DNA of 64,000 nucleotides from a virus (Duplodnaviria; Heunggongvirae; Uroviricota; Caudoviricetes): IMG/VR virus record IMGVR_UViG_3300046519_000060, positions 64,001 to 128,000 of that record; one strand, 5' to 3'. Shown piece by piece: positions 63,851 to 64,000 of this stretch (position 1 is its first letter; each line of letters starts with the position of its first letter). The notes under the pieces were generated by a model. It saw only the letters and a program-made list of their open reading frames with translations, ran no database searches and was not told where the DNA came from. The position numbers and the translations under genes were made by a program.

Positions 63851-64000
63851 ATGAGCGAAGTTCAAGCACAAGCAGTCGAAGCAGTCGAAGCACAAAAGAT
63901 CGTCAACATCCTGAAACTGGCGTCGGGCGAAGAAGTCATCAGCGAAGTCGCAATCGAGAAGCTTGAAGGTGGCAACGAAATCGTCCATCTGGTCAACCCG
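63851..64000 (+). CDS. Partial conserved protein (LKLASGEEVI, Sm-like), runs off the window
   Basis: ATG at 63851 with an upstream AGG; open to the window end. Confidence 0.7.
   Translation, partial: MSEVQAQAVEAVEAQKIVNILKLASGEEVISEVAIEKLEGGNEIVHLVNP

Noticed and set aside
1-64000. tRNA or rRNA genes
   Set aside because: No cloverleaf with a TTCGA T-loop and acceptor stem was found in the intergenic gaps by eye; tRNAscan would confirm.

Overview
64 kb from the core of a large T4-like myophage (about 55% GC, probably infecting a proteobacterium; the host is inference only). The gene order resembles the non-enteric/cyanophage-type T4 relatives. It runs: gp5 (5' end outside the window), an inserted minus-strand island of about 20 small early ORFs, baseplate genes 25-6-7-8, tail fibre and chaperone, a 2082-aa VrlC/DUF4815-like virion protein, neck/terminase/tail/head genes 13-14-15-16-17-18-19-20-(67/68-like)-21-22-23-3, uvsY, an accessory ADP-ribosylation island, then uvsW, 55, 47, 46, 45, 44, 62 and regA. 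Six free-standing homing-endonuclease-like genes are scattered through it, one of them frameshifted. Late genes use CTAAATA/TATAAATA promoters and early genes use near-consensus sigma70 promoters. The main unexplained features are: (1) three late-expressed, strongly His-rich ADP-ribosyltransferase-like proteins, each starting with a T4 internal-protein capsid-targeting sequence (MKSFKQFIxE), two of them converging on an apparently early-expressed ADP-ribosylglycohydrolase; (2) a ~90-nt non-coding element present twice, 49.5 kb apart, one copy directly downstream of a perfect antisense sigma70 promoter (candidate R-loop origin or ncRNA); (3) a CCCARACRTG motif shared by early promoters; (4) a homologous sugar-binding-like cassette inserted in both gp7 and gp8. 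No tRNA, rRNA or CRISPR array was seen. All calls come from motif recognition without database searches.
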